NCBI GenBank assembly: GCA_900234795.1
Contig: LT962688.1
Location: forward strand, 1,740,001-1,772,000
Length of the DNA: 32,000 nt
Origin: Methylorubrum extorquens
Lineage (GTDB): Bacteria; Pseudomonadota; Alphaproteobacteria; Rhizobiales; Beijerinckiaceae
Reading direction: 5' to 3'
Each line of letters begins with the position of its first letter. Positions within the stretch are counted from its first letter, which is position 1. The notes below the pieces were generated by a model. That model saw only the letters and a program-made list of their open reading frames with translations, was not told the origin of the DNA and searched no databases. The translations under genes were made by a program, and so were the position numbers. Shown in pieces: positions 9,227-18,700 of the stretch.

Positions 9227-10339
9227 TCAGGCGGCCTCGGCGCGGCGCTCGCGGGCGGCTTCCAGCGCGCGGACCCGCGGGATCACGTGCTCGCCGAAAT
9301 ACTGAACTTCCTCCTGGAAGTGCAGGAAGGCGAGCAGCGCGAGATCCACGCCGGCATCCTTGAGGGCAAGGATGCGCTCGGCGATCTGGTCGGGCGTGCC
9401 GATCAGGTCGGTCTTGAAGCCGTCGTTGTACTGGACGAGATCCTCGAAGGTCGATTTCGCCCAGTTGCCCTCGCCCTCGGGCGAGGCCGCGCCGGCGTTC
9501 TTCACCTCGTGGCCGAAGGCCTTCACCGCGTCCGGATCGGCGTTCTCGATGATCTCCTGAAGGACGGCGCGGGCCTCCTCCTCCGTCTCGCGGGCGATGA
9601 CGAAGGCGTTGACGCCGACCTTCACGGAATGGCCGTTCGCCTGCGCCTTGGCGCGCAGATCCTCGACCTGGGCCCGCACGCCTTCGGGCGTGTTGCCATT
9701 CGTAAAATACCAGTCGGAGACGCGGGCGGCCATGTCGCGGGCGGCGCGCGAGGAGCCGCCCTGGAAGATCTCCGGCAGGTTCGGCCCCGGCTTCGGCTTC
9801 AGGGTGTAGTTCGTGTAGCGGTAGAAATCGCCGCGGAAGCTGAAGGCGTCCTGCGTCCAGATCCCGCGCAAGGACCGGATGAACTCCTCCGAGCGGCGGT
9901 AGCGCTCGTCGTGGTCGAGCCAGGGCTCGCCGATCGCCCGGAACTCGCCGGAGAACCAGCCCGAGACGATGTTGACCGCGATCCGCCCCTCCGTGAGCTG
10001 GGAGATCGTGGCGATCTGCTTGGCCGCCAGCGTCGGGTTCCAGGGGCCAGGCAGGATCGCGGCGATCACCGTCAGCCGGGTCGTGGCGGCGGCCAGCGCG
10101 TGGCTGAAGGCGACCGATTCGTGCTGGTACTCGGCGCCGTAGCCGGCGGTGAAGCGGATCTGGGTCAGGGCGTAGTCGAAGCCCGCCGCCTCCGCGATCT
10201 GCGCGAGCTTGCGATTATAGTCCGCGTCCCAGCTCGTGCGCTGCACGATCTTGCTGATGACGAGGCCGCCCGAGACATTGGGCACCCAGTAGGCGAAGCG
10301 GATCGGCTCGGACGCGGAGGACGGGTTCGGAACGGACAT
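9227..10339 (-). CDS. sfnG: FMNH2-dependent dimethylsulfone monooxygenase
   Basis: The sequence IRFAYWVPNVSGGLVIS...IRFTAGYGAEYQHES...VNIVSGWFSGEFRAIGEPWLDHDERYRRSEEFIRSLRGIWTQ closely matches SfnG. ATG 10339 (MSVPNPSS) fits homologue length. The track ORF extends to ATG 10381. Confidence 0.9.
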   Translation of the reverse strand: MSVPNPSSASEPIRFAYWVPNVSGGLVISKIVQRTSWDADYNRKLAQIAEAAGFDYALTQIRFTAGYGAEYQHESVAFSHALAAATTRLTVIAAILPGPWNPTLAAKQIATISQLTEGRIAVNIVSGWFSGEFRAIGEPWLDHDERYRRSEEFIRSLRGIWTQDAFSFRGDFYRYTNYTLKPKPGPNLPEIFQGGSSRAARDMAARVSDWYFTNGNTPEGVRAQVEDLRAKAQANGHSVKVGVNAFVIARETEEEARAVLQEIIENADPDAVKAFGHEVKNAGAASPEGEGNWAKSTFEDLVQYNDGFKTDLIGTPDQIAERILALKDAGVDLALLAFLHFQEEVQYFGEHVIPRVRALEAARERRAEAA

Positions 10340-10386
10340 GGTGGCGCGGCGCTCGCTCTGAGAAGCGTTGTTCTGAAACATTTCGA

Positions 10387-10457
10387 GATGATGATGGTTT
10401 TATCTGAGTCATCATCGCGTTGACTCCAATCATCGTCTCGGAACAACCTGTCGTCAA
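10387..10457 (-). promoter_or_regulatory. Candidate sfnG promoter/operator in an AT-rich patch
   Basis: On the minus strand, TTGACG (10452-10457) is followed by a 17-nt spacer and GATGAT (10429-10434). A further inverted repeat is GATGATGA (10387-10394) / TCATCATC (10409-10416). The GATGAT hexamer occurs three times. Confidence 0.3.
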
Positions 10458-10572
10458 AGGAATGATCGAGCGTTTTTTCAGCTCACCGCGAAAGCTCGTT
10501 CTTCGTCGTACGGCATCCGGGCGAAGAACGTTTTCGTTGAATACGATCGGCCATCGAGGCCACTCTGAAACG

Positions 10573-10601
10573 AAAAGAGCCGCCCCGGTCGGGGCGGCTC
10601 T
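10573..10601 (-). terminator. Rho-independent terminator of mrcA
   Basis: The minus strand reads agagccgcccc-gacc-ggggcggctct followed by TTTTCGTTTC, 32 nt after the reconstructed mrcA stop. Confidence 0.75.
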
Positions 10602-10632
10602 CGGTCGATCGCGGATCGTGGCGGCGGGTCTT

Positions 10633-13051
10633 CAGTAGACGCCGCCGGCCTGGGCGGCGGCGCCCGCATCGGGCGGCACCGCGGCGGGGGCGGACGGGGC
10701 GACATAGGAGTCCGGCGGGGCGGTGCCGGGCTTGAACGCCTCCAGGATGGTGCCGCCGCCCTCGCCCGAGCCGGCGCGGGTGCCGGACGACGCGTTGACG
10801 CGGATCAGCTTGATCCCCGCCGGGACGCGGAACGGGGTCGGCGGCTTGTCCTTTGAGCGCCACCTTCAGGAAGTCGAGGACGATGGGGGCGGCGAGCCCG
10901 CCGCCGGTCGCCCGGTCGCCGAGCGAGCGTGGCTTGTCGAAGCCGAGATAGACGCCGACCGCGAGATCGGGGGGAGAAGCCCACGAACCACGCATCCTTG
11001 GCGTCGTTCGTCGTGCCGGTCTTGCCCGCGAGCGGCTTGCCGATCTGCTTGAGCAGGGTCGCGGTGCCGCGCTGGACCACGCCCTCCATGATCGAGACCA
11101 TCTGGTAGGCGGTGAGCGGGTCGAGCACCTGCTCGGACTGGTCTACGAGCTTGGGCTCGTCCTGGCCCGACCACTTCTCCGCGTCGCAGCCGACGCATTT
11201 GCGGTTGTCGTGGCGGTAGATCGTCTCGCCGGTGCGGTCCTGGATGCGGTCGATCAGCGTCGGGCGGATGCGGCGCCCGCCGTTGGCGAGCATCGAGTAG
11301 GCGGTGACCATGCGCATCACCGTGGTCTCGCCGGCGCCGAGCGACATCGGCAGCACGGGCAGCAGGTCGTCGTAGACGCCGAAGCGGCGGGAATACTCGG
11401 CGATCAGCGGCATGCCGATATCCTTGGCCAGCCGCACCGTCATCAGGTTCTTCGAGTGCTCGATGCCGTAGCGCAGGGTGTGCGGACCGCCGGACTTGCC
11501 GTCGTAGTTCGAGGGCGACCACGCCTCCTGGCCGGGGCCGGCCTCGATGGTGATCGGCGCATCCTGCACCACCGAGGACGGGGTGTAGCCGTTGTCGAGC
11601 GCCGCCGAGTAGACGATCGGCTTGAACGAGGAGCCGGGCTGGCGCATCGCCTGCGTCGCGCGGTTGAACTCGGATTCCTCGTACGAGAAGCCGCCGACCA
11701 TGGCGTGGACGCGCCCCGTATAGGGGTCCATCGCGACGATGGCGCCCGACACCTCGGGCTTCTGGCGCAGGCGGTAGGTGCCCTTGGCCGGATCGATCGC
11801 CTCGACATAGACCACGTCGCCGGGCTTGACCGCGGCGGCGACGGCGCGGCCGGTCCACTTCACGCCCTCGGCGGTGATCGCGCCGGTCTCGCGCTCCTTC
11901 GAAAGGGAGCCGCCGGCCTCGCGCTTGGGCTGGAGCCCGATCTGCGCCACGCCGCCATTGGTGTTCAGCACCACGGCGAGCCGCCAGGGGGCGATGTCGC
12001 CGAGCGCGGGCATCTCGGCCACCGCCAGGCCCCAGTCGCGGCCGGTGAGATCGACCTTATGCTCGGCCCCGCGCCAGCCGCGGCCCTGATCGTAGCGCAC
12101 GAGGCCGTCGATGAACGCCTTGCGCGCCCAGGCCTGCATCTTCGGGTCGAGGGTGGCGCGCACCGAGAGGCCGCCCTCGTAGAGCTTGCTCTGGCCGTAG
12201 CGCTCGGAGATTTCGCGGCGGACCTCCTCGGTGAAGTAGTTGGCGTTGGCCGCGTTCGGGAAGGCGACGCGCGGGTTGACGCCGAGCGGCTGCTTCTTGG
12301 CCTCGGTGCCCTCCTCGGCGGTGATGTAGCCGTTCTGGGCCATCAGGCCGATGATCTCGTTGCGCCGCGCCAGCGCCTGCTGCGTGCGCCGGTAGGGGTG
12401 GTAGTTGTTCGGCCCCTTCGGCAAGGCGGCGAGATAGGCCGCCTCGTTGATCGTCAGCTCGTGGACGGACTTGCCGAAGTAATCCAGGGCCGCCGCCGCG
12501 ACGCCGTGCAGGTTGCGGCCGGGGACGATGGTGCCGAGGAAAATCTCGTTGAGGTAGAGTTCGAGGATCTTGTCCTTCGAATAGGCCGACTCGATCCGCA
12601 GCGCGATCAGCGCTTCCTTGATCTTGCGGTCATAGGTCTGCTCGGCCGAGAGCAGGAAGTTCTTGGCCACCTGCTGGGTGATGGTCGAGGCGCCCTGCTT
12701 CTTGCCGGACTGGGCGTTGGTGAGGATCGCGCGGACGATGCCCTCGGGGTCGATGCCGCCGTGCTTGTAGAAGTTCTTGTCCTCCGCCGAGAGGAAGGCG
12801 GCGACGACGATCTTCGGCATCGCCTGGATCGGCAGGTAGAGGCGGCGCTCGTGGGCGTATTCGGCCAGAAGCGAGCCGTCCGCCGCGTGGACGCGGGTCA
12901 TCACCGGCGGCTCGTAATTGGCGAGCGCGGCGTGATCGGGCAGGTCCTGGCTGTACTTCCAGTAGAAGAACGCGCCGACCGCGGCGGCGAGGCAGAACAC
13001 CACCGCACCGGCCGAGAACAGGAAGGCGAAGAATCGCAGGATGAAACGCAT
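10633..13051 (-). pseudogene. mrcA: Penicillin-binding protein 1A (bifunctional transglycosylase/transpeptidase), C-terminus broken by two +1 insertions
   Basis: The sequence MRFILRFFAFLF...FLSAEDKNFYKHGGID...GASTITQQVAKN...RQPGSSFKP...GKTGTTNDAKDAWFVGFSP then leaves frame. Removing one G from the G6 run at 10969-10974 gives ...GFSPDLAVGVYLGFDKPRSLG. Removing one base at 10850-10854 (cc/ttt) gives ...FLKVALKDKPPTPFRVPAGIKLIRVNASSG...AQAGGVY, with the stop at 10633-10635. ATG 13051 gives the membrane-anchor start. Confidence 0.92.
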
Positions 13052-13376
13052 CCGGGGTCCGTTCCGTCGCTCGTCCGCTGCGCGCCGATGAAGGCCAAGC
13101 GCGAGGGCCTGCCGCGGGCTCTGGTGAGGCCCCACGCAGCCGCGCCTCTTGTCAGGCGGACGGGGGGCTCGTCGAGCCCCGTATCGACACCGGCTCTATG
13201 GTGAAACTGGGGCGATGCAAGGGGACCGCTCGAAAGCGCTCCCCTTAAGCTTTCGTCGGCCTCAGTCGCCGGCGCCCGCCTCCGCGGGTCAAGCTTTCGC
13301 TCCGCTCGACGCCTCGGCAAAGGCCGAGGCACGCTCCGCGCGGCGCTCTTCGCGCCGTGGAGCCGTGTCCGGCTCC

Positions 13377-14708
13377 TCAGGGGCGGAACGCGATCGCGCT
13401 TTTCCCGTTCTCGGCGGAGCGCGCTCCGATCGCCACCGGACGCGAGAGGGTGGCCCGGCCGGAGAAGAACAGGTCCACGGCCTTGGCCATCGAGCCCGTC
13501 ACCCGCATGCGCCACTCTTCCGATTGCAGCTTCTCGAGGTCGCTCTTGCTCGACAGGTAGCCGAGTTCGATCAGCACGGAGGGCACGTCGGGCGAGCGCA
13601 AAACCCTGAAGCCGGCCTCGCGGTGGGGCTTCGTGCTCATCTCCATCACCGGGGAGAGCTGGCCCATCAGCCGGCCGGCAAAGCCCGAGGAGAAGCCGCG
13701 GGTCTCGCGCAGGGTCAGTTCCTGGAGAATGTCCGCGACCTCCGCCGGGGCTTCGCCGGATTCGGTGCCGGCGGCGGCGTCGGCCCGGTTCTCGCGCTCG
13801 GCGAGCCGGGCGGATTCGCCGTCGGTCGCCCGCTCCGAGCCGGTATAGATCGTGGCGCCCTTCACCTGGGGCGCGGCTGAGATCGAATCGGCATGGATCG
13901 AGACGAACAGGTCGGCCTTGGCGTCGCGGGCGATGCGCACCCGCTCGGCCAGTGGCACGAACACGTCGCGGTCGCGGGTCATCAGCAGGCGGTAGCGGCC
14001 GGAGGCTTCCAGGCGCTCGGCAAAGGATTGGGCGAAGCCGAACACGATGTCCTTCTCGAACACCCCCGTGGCGGCGATGGCGCCGGGATCGGTGCCGCCG
14101 TGGCCGGCATCGATGACGATGAGCGGGCGCGTATCGGCGGTCTCGCGCACGGGCGCGGCCTTGCCGGCGGCGGCCGGGCTCGGATCGCCCGCCACCGCCG
14201 CCTTGCGGAAGGTGTCGCGGTCGACCTTGCGGAAGGGAATCGAGACCAGCACCGCGCCCTCGCGGGTCTTGACCGTCTCGATCGCCTCGACCACGGCGGG
14301 CCCGGTGAGATCGACCACGATGCGCGAGCGGCCCGGGGCGAACAGGCCGTAGCGGAACGAGGCGATGGCGCCGTCGCGCTTGCGGCCGCTCATCTTGGCC
14401 GGCTCCTTGCCCGGCTCCTGGTCGAGCTGGAAGTTGACCTCGGGCAGATCGATCACCGCCCGGTCCGGTCGCTCCATCACGAAGGCGCGGGCCTCGATCG
14501 CCTTCGACAGGGTGAGGGTGAGCCGGGTCGTGCCGTCCCGCGTCGCGGTCTCGGCGGCGATCGCCACCGCCGCGCCGCCGGGCTGCGGGCTGCCGGGGCC
14601 GTCTTGAGCCGGCACGGGGCCGGCGGCCAGCACCAAGCCGCCCGCGAGCGCGAGGACGGCGATGGGGCGGACAAGTCCGGTGCGGGGCAGGCGGGTGCTG
14701 TGCGGCAT
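13377..14708 (-). CDS. amiC: N-acetylmuramoyl-L-alanine amidase (AMIN domain plus Amidase_3)
   Basis: Signal peptide is followed by an AMIN-like region (RLTLTLSKAIEARAFVMERPDRAVIDLPEV). Catalytic strings are VIDAGHGGTDPGA, DLFVSIHADS, RSPDVPSVLIELGYLS. Confidence 0.92.
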   Translation of the reverse strand: MPHSTRLPRTGLVRPIAVLALAGGLVLAAGPVPAQDGPGSPQPGGAAVAIAAETATRDGTTRLTLTLSKAIEARAFVMERPDRAVIDLPEVNFQLDQEPGKEPAKMSGRKRDGAIASFRYGLFAPGRSRIVVDLTGPAVVEAIETVKTREGAVLVSIPFRKVDRDTFRKAAVAGDPSPAAAGKAAPVRETADTRPLIVIDAGHGGTDPGAIAATGVFEKDIVFGFAQSFAERLEASGRYRLLMTRDRDVFVPLAERVRIARDAKADLFVSIHADSISAAPQVKGATIYTGSERATDGESARLAERENRADAAAGTESGEAPAEVADILQELTLRETRGFSSGFAGRLMGQLSPVMEMSTKPHREAGFRVLRSPDVPSVLIELGYLSSKSDLEKLQSEEWRMRVTGSMAKAVDLFFSGRATLSRPVAIGARSAENGKSAIAFRP

Positions 14709-14844
14709 CGGGCGGCCAAGGGTCCGGGGAAGCCTCCGATACGAGATACGGCCGAGATGGTTAACCGTTCCTCACTTCGCCCCCGCCGATCCCGGCGCCG
14801 CTGTTGTGCGAGGGCGACACCACCTGCGGCGTCCCCTTGTCTTG

Positions 14845-14883
14845 TCCCACCCTCCCCCCTCTGGATGAGGGCGGTGGATGGGA
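14845..14883. repeat. Partial second copy of the REP-like element arm, folded as an imperfect hairpin
   Basis: A 17-nt segment identical to 9082-9098 (tcccaccctcccccctc, at 14845-14861) is followed by tggatga and gggcggtggatggga. Twelve of 15 positions can pair. Confidence 0.5.
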
Positions 14884-14900
14884 TGCCTTTGGCCGGTGGG

Positions 14901-15086
14901 TCAGGCGCGGCTGTCGGGGGCTTCTCGCTCGGCCGCCTCGCCGTCGGGCATCTCCCAGGCCCGCTGCCAGACGGCGTGGGCGTCCGAGCCCTCCGGGTGC
15001 GGGTTGGCGGTGGCCGGGTCGCCCCGGTATCGGGCCTCACGCCCCTCCTTCGCCACCGCGGCGAGCGATTGATCCGGAAGCGACAC
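14901..15086 (-). CDS. Small Rmf/CrpP-fold-like protein (61 aa, GTG start)
   Basis: KEGREARYRGDPATANPHPEGSDAHAVWQRAWEM matches the G-x-x-A...G...NP[YH]...W..[GA]W pattern of ribosome-modulation-factor/CrpP-family proteins. Third-position GC is high. The assignment comes from motif recollection, not a search. Confidence 0.5.
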   Translation of the reverse strand: MSLPDQSLAAVAKEGREARYRGDPATANPHPEGSDAHAVWQRAWEMPDGEAAEREAPDSRA

Positions 15087-15237
15087 CGCGAAGCCCTCCC
15101 CTGCTATCCCGACGGGATTTCTGCCATTCCAACGGGTTCGCCGGGTTCAAGCCCGCGGGGCGGCCTCCGGTTCACGGGAACGTGCGGACGATGGCGCGCT
15201 TGCCTGACGAAGTGCCGGGGGCCGTCATACGGAACCC

Positions 15238-15265
15238 TTGCAATTCTCCCGCGACACTCTGTAAT
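15238..15265 (+). promoter_or_regulatory. Candidate sigma70-type promoter for rne
   Basis: TTGCAA (15238-15243), a 16-nt spacer, then TGTAAT (15260-15265). This is the only AT-rich spot in the 690-bp region upstream of rne and would give a leader of about 500 nt. Confidence 0.3.
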
Positions 15266-15772
15266 GATATCGACCCCATTCCCGGGTTGGCGCTTCGGCG
15301 GCCCCCGGGCGCGCCCGGGGCATGTCGGCGCCCACCTCGCTCGAATCAGCAGCGTCAGTCGGCGCCTCCCGGCATCCGGGCGGGTGTCACGGCATTCGCG
15401 GCCTCCCGATCATTCCGGGTCGGTCGTGCCCATGAAATCTGTACGGGCCGCTTGCCGGCCCACCATCTTCGCGAGGCCGGATCAGGATGGGAGGACGCAC
15501 AGCATCGGTTGCCGCTGCTCGTGCCGAAGGCGCGCGGTTTTCGCGTCGCCTCGCCCCTTCCGTCGCCCCGGCCCTGTTCAACCCCCACCGCGCCGATGCC
15601 CGGCGCGTCAAGGCGGTTGACGGCAATCCCCTTCCCGCATCCACCGCGACCTCGGCGACGAGGCCGGCACGCGCCCATCTCCTTCCGGCCCGCAGGCCGG
15701 GGGCGGCGCCGCCGGGACCAAGCGGCGCGAGCGTGAGGAGAACGACGTCGGCCGCCATGTCGAAAGCACGTC

Positions 15773-18700
15773 ATGGCCAACAACAAGATGCTCATCGATG
15801 CGATGCATCCGGAGGAGACCCGGGTCGTCACAGTCCAAGGCTCGCGGGTCGAGGAATTTGATTTCGAGGCGGCCAACCGCCGGCCTCTGAGGGGCAACAT
15901 CTATCTCGCCAAGGTCACCCGCGTGGAGCCCTCGCTCCAGGCGGCCTTCGTCGAGTACGGCGGCAACCGCCACGGCTTCCTCGCCTTCAACGAGATCCAC
16001 CCCGACTACTACCAGATCCCGATGGCCGACCGCCTCGCGCTGATCGAGGCCGAGGCGCGCGAGGAAGAGGAGCACCGCGAGCGCGAGGAGCGCCGTCCGC
16101 CGCGGGGCCGCCGCTCGCGCGGGCGCCGGGCCGAGGCCCGCGGTTCGCGCCCCGACGACACGGTGAAGTCGCAAGAGGCAGCGTCCGACGCAGGCTCCGA
16201 GGACGCTGCGATCCCCGGTGAGGGCCAGGCCGCCGACGCGCCCGCGCCGGAGGCGATCGAGGCGGTGCGGTCCGCTCTCGTCGAAGGACGGATCGAAGAA
16301 GGGAACGACGAGCGGAGCGAGAGCGACGCGGCGTCCGCACCGGTCGAGGCCGGCGGCGATGCCTCCGCGAGCCTGCCCGAAGCGGCGCTGGAGCCCGGCA
16401 CCTCCGCCAGTGAGGCGCCGGCTGACGAAGCCGCCGCGGTCGAGCCCTCCGACATCGCCGCGATCTCCGAGGCGCCGAACCCGCCCGTCGAGGCCGCGGA
16501 ATCGTTCGAGGCTGCTCCCGCCGAGGCAGAGACGGTCGAGCCGCAGCCCGTCGCCGCCAGCGCGCCCGTCTCCCAGGCCGAGATCGAGGAGGCCGACGCG
16601 GATTCCGACGAGGACGCCGAGACCGACGATTCGGACGACGACGACTCGGAGAATGACGAGTCCGACGACGAGGATGAGGACGACGACGAGGACGACGATT
16701 CGGACGACGAGGACGACGACGAGGAATCCGAGGACGGCGAGCCGCGCGTCGCGCAGGTCGGCGGCTCGGGCGATGCGCTCGCCGAGCTCCCCGAGCGTCC
16801 GCGCGCCTATCGCCGCCACTACAAGATCCAAGAGGTGATCAAGCGCCGCCAGATCATCCTCGTCCAGGTCGTCAAGGAAGAGCGCGGCACCAAGGGCGCG
16901 GCGCTCACCACCTACCTGTCGCTCGCCGGCCGCTACTCGGTGCTGATGCCCAACACCGGACGGGGCGGCGGCATCTCGCGCAAGATCACCTCGGCCGCCG
17001 ACCGCAAGCGCCTCAAGGAAGTGGTCGCCGACCTCGACGTGCCGGACGGGATGGGGATCATCCTGCGCACGGCCGGCGCCTCGCGCACCAAGCCCGAGAT
17101 CAAGCGCGACTTCGAGTACCTGATGCGCCTGTGGGAGAGCGTGCGCGAGCTGACGCTGTCCTCGACCGCCCCGGCGCTCGTCTACGAGGAGGGCTCGCTG
17201 ATCAAGCGGGCGATCCGCGACCTCTACAACAAGGATCTCGACGAGGTTCTGGTCTCCGGCGAGGACGCCTACCGCGAGGCCAAGGACTTCATGCGGATGC
17301 TGATGCCCGGCCAGTCCAAGGTCGTGAAGCCCTACCGCGATCCGACGCCGATCTTCGCCCGCTACGGCGTCGAGCAACAGCTCGACGCGATGTTCTCGAC
17401 TCACGTCGCGCTGCGCTCCGGCGGCTACCTCGTCATCAACCCGACCGAGGCGCTGGTCTCGATCGACGTGAACTCGGGCCGCGCCACCCGCGAGCACGAC
17501 ATCGAGGACACGGCGCTCAAGACGAACCTTGAGGCGGCCGAAGAGGTCGCCCGGCAGGTGCGCCTGCGCGATCTCGCCGGCCTCGTCGTGATCGACTTCA
17601 TCGACATGGAGGAGAAGCGCAACAACCGGGCGGTCGAGAAGCGCCTGAACGAGGCGCTCAAGAACGACCGGGCGCGCATCCAGGTCGGGCGGATCTCGCC
17701 CTTCGGCCTGCTTGAGATGAGCCGCCAGCGCATCCGCACCGGCGTGCTCGAATCCTCCTCGATCCCCTGCGCCCATTGCGGCGGCTCGGGCTTCGTGCGG
17801 GCGACCTCCTCGGTGGCGCTGCACATCCTGCGCTCGATCGAGGAGGTGCTGCTCAAGTCGGCGAGCCACAACGTCGTGCTGCGCACGCGCACCGAGACGG
17901 CGCTCTACATCCTCAACCAGAAGCGGGCGCATCTCTTCGATCTCGAGCAGCGCTTCTCGGTCACGATCACCATTTCCGCCGACGACCGGCTTGTGGCGAC
18001 CTCCGCCTTCCAGCTCGAACGCGGTGAGCCGGCGGTGAAGCACGAGGGCCCGGTGACGGGCGTGCGCGCCGTGGCGATCTCGCCGGTCTACGAGGCCGAG
18101 GAGTTCGAGGACGAGGCGGTCGAGAGCCAGGAGACCGAAGAGGTCGAGACCGAAGTCGAAGCGGAGGCCGAGGGCGCGTCCGAGGAGCGCCCCGCCGCCG
18201 ACGCGTCCGAGGAGGGCGGTGGCCGTCGCCGCCGTCGCCGTCGCCGTCGCGGTGGCCGCGCCTCCGGCGAGGGCGAGGCCCGCGCGCGGGACGAGGACGG
18301 GACCGACAGCGAGGACGGGGCCGAGGACGGCGCGGAGGACGGCGACGATGCGCCCGATTCCGAGCCGGAGGCCGTCGAGGCGGCTCTCGGCGCCGCGGCC
18401 GAGCCGGACGAGACCGCATCGGACGCCGACGCCAACGGCGAGGACGCCAACGGACGCCGCCGTCGCCGCGGACGCCGGGGCGGTCGCGGCCGCGGCCGGA
18501 CCGAGCGCAATGGCCGTTCGGATTCCGAGCAGGATTCTGATGCCGACGAGGTGCGGGCCACGGAGGAGTCCGAGGCGCATCCCGAGGAGACCGCCTCCGA
18601 TACCCTGCCGGTGGGCCCCGAGGAGCCGTTCAACGATGCCGATGTGAGCACCGTCTCGCTCGCCGCCGAGAACGGCGCCGCGGCCGAGCCGCCGCCGGTC

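Noticed and set aside
11210-13204. A 664-aa plus-strand ORF opposite mrcA, and a 767-aa ORF (20391..22694) opposite the aminotransferase and porin.
   Set aside because: Both are antisense to conserved genes, with no motifs and GC-driven lack of stop codons.
16577-16742. GAC/GAG/GAT-rich repetitive DNA considered as a microsatellite or CRISPR-like array.
   Set aside because: It is in frame within rne and encodes the acidic tract. The repeats are irregular codon-level quasi-repeats with no repeat-spacer architecture.
15608-18580. A 990-aa minus-strand ORF opposite rne, plus several 100-335-aa ORFs in the same region.
   Set aside because: They are antisense to RNase E, whose frame has unambiguous homology. 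They mirror its low-complexity acidic and Arg-rich repeats.
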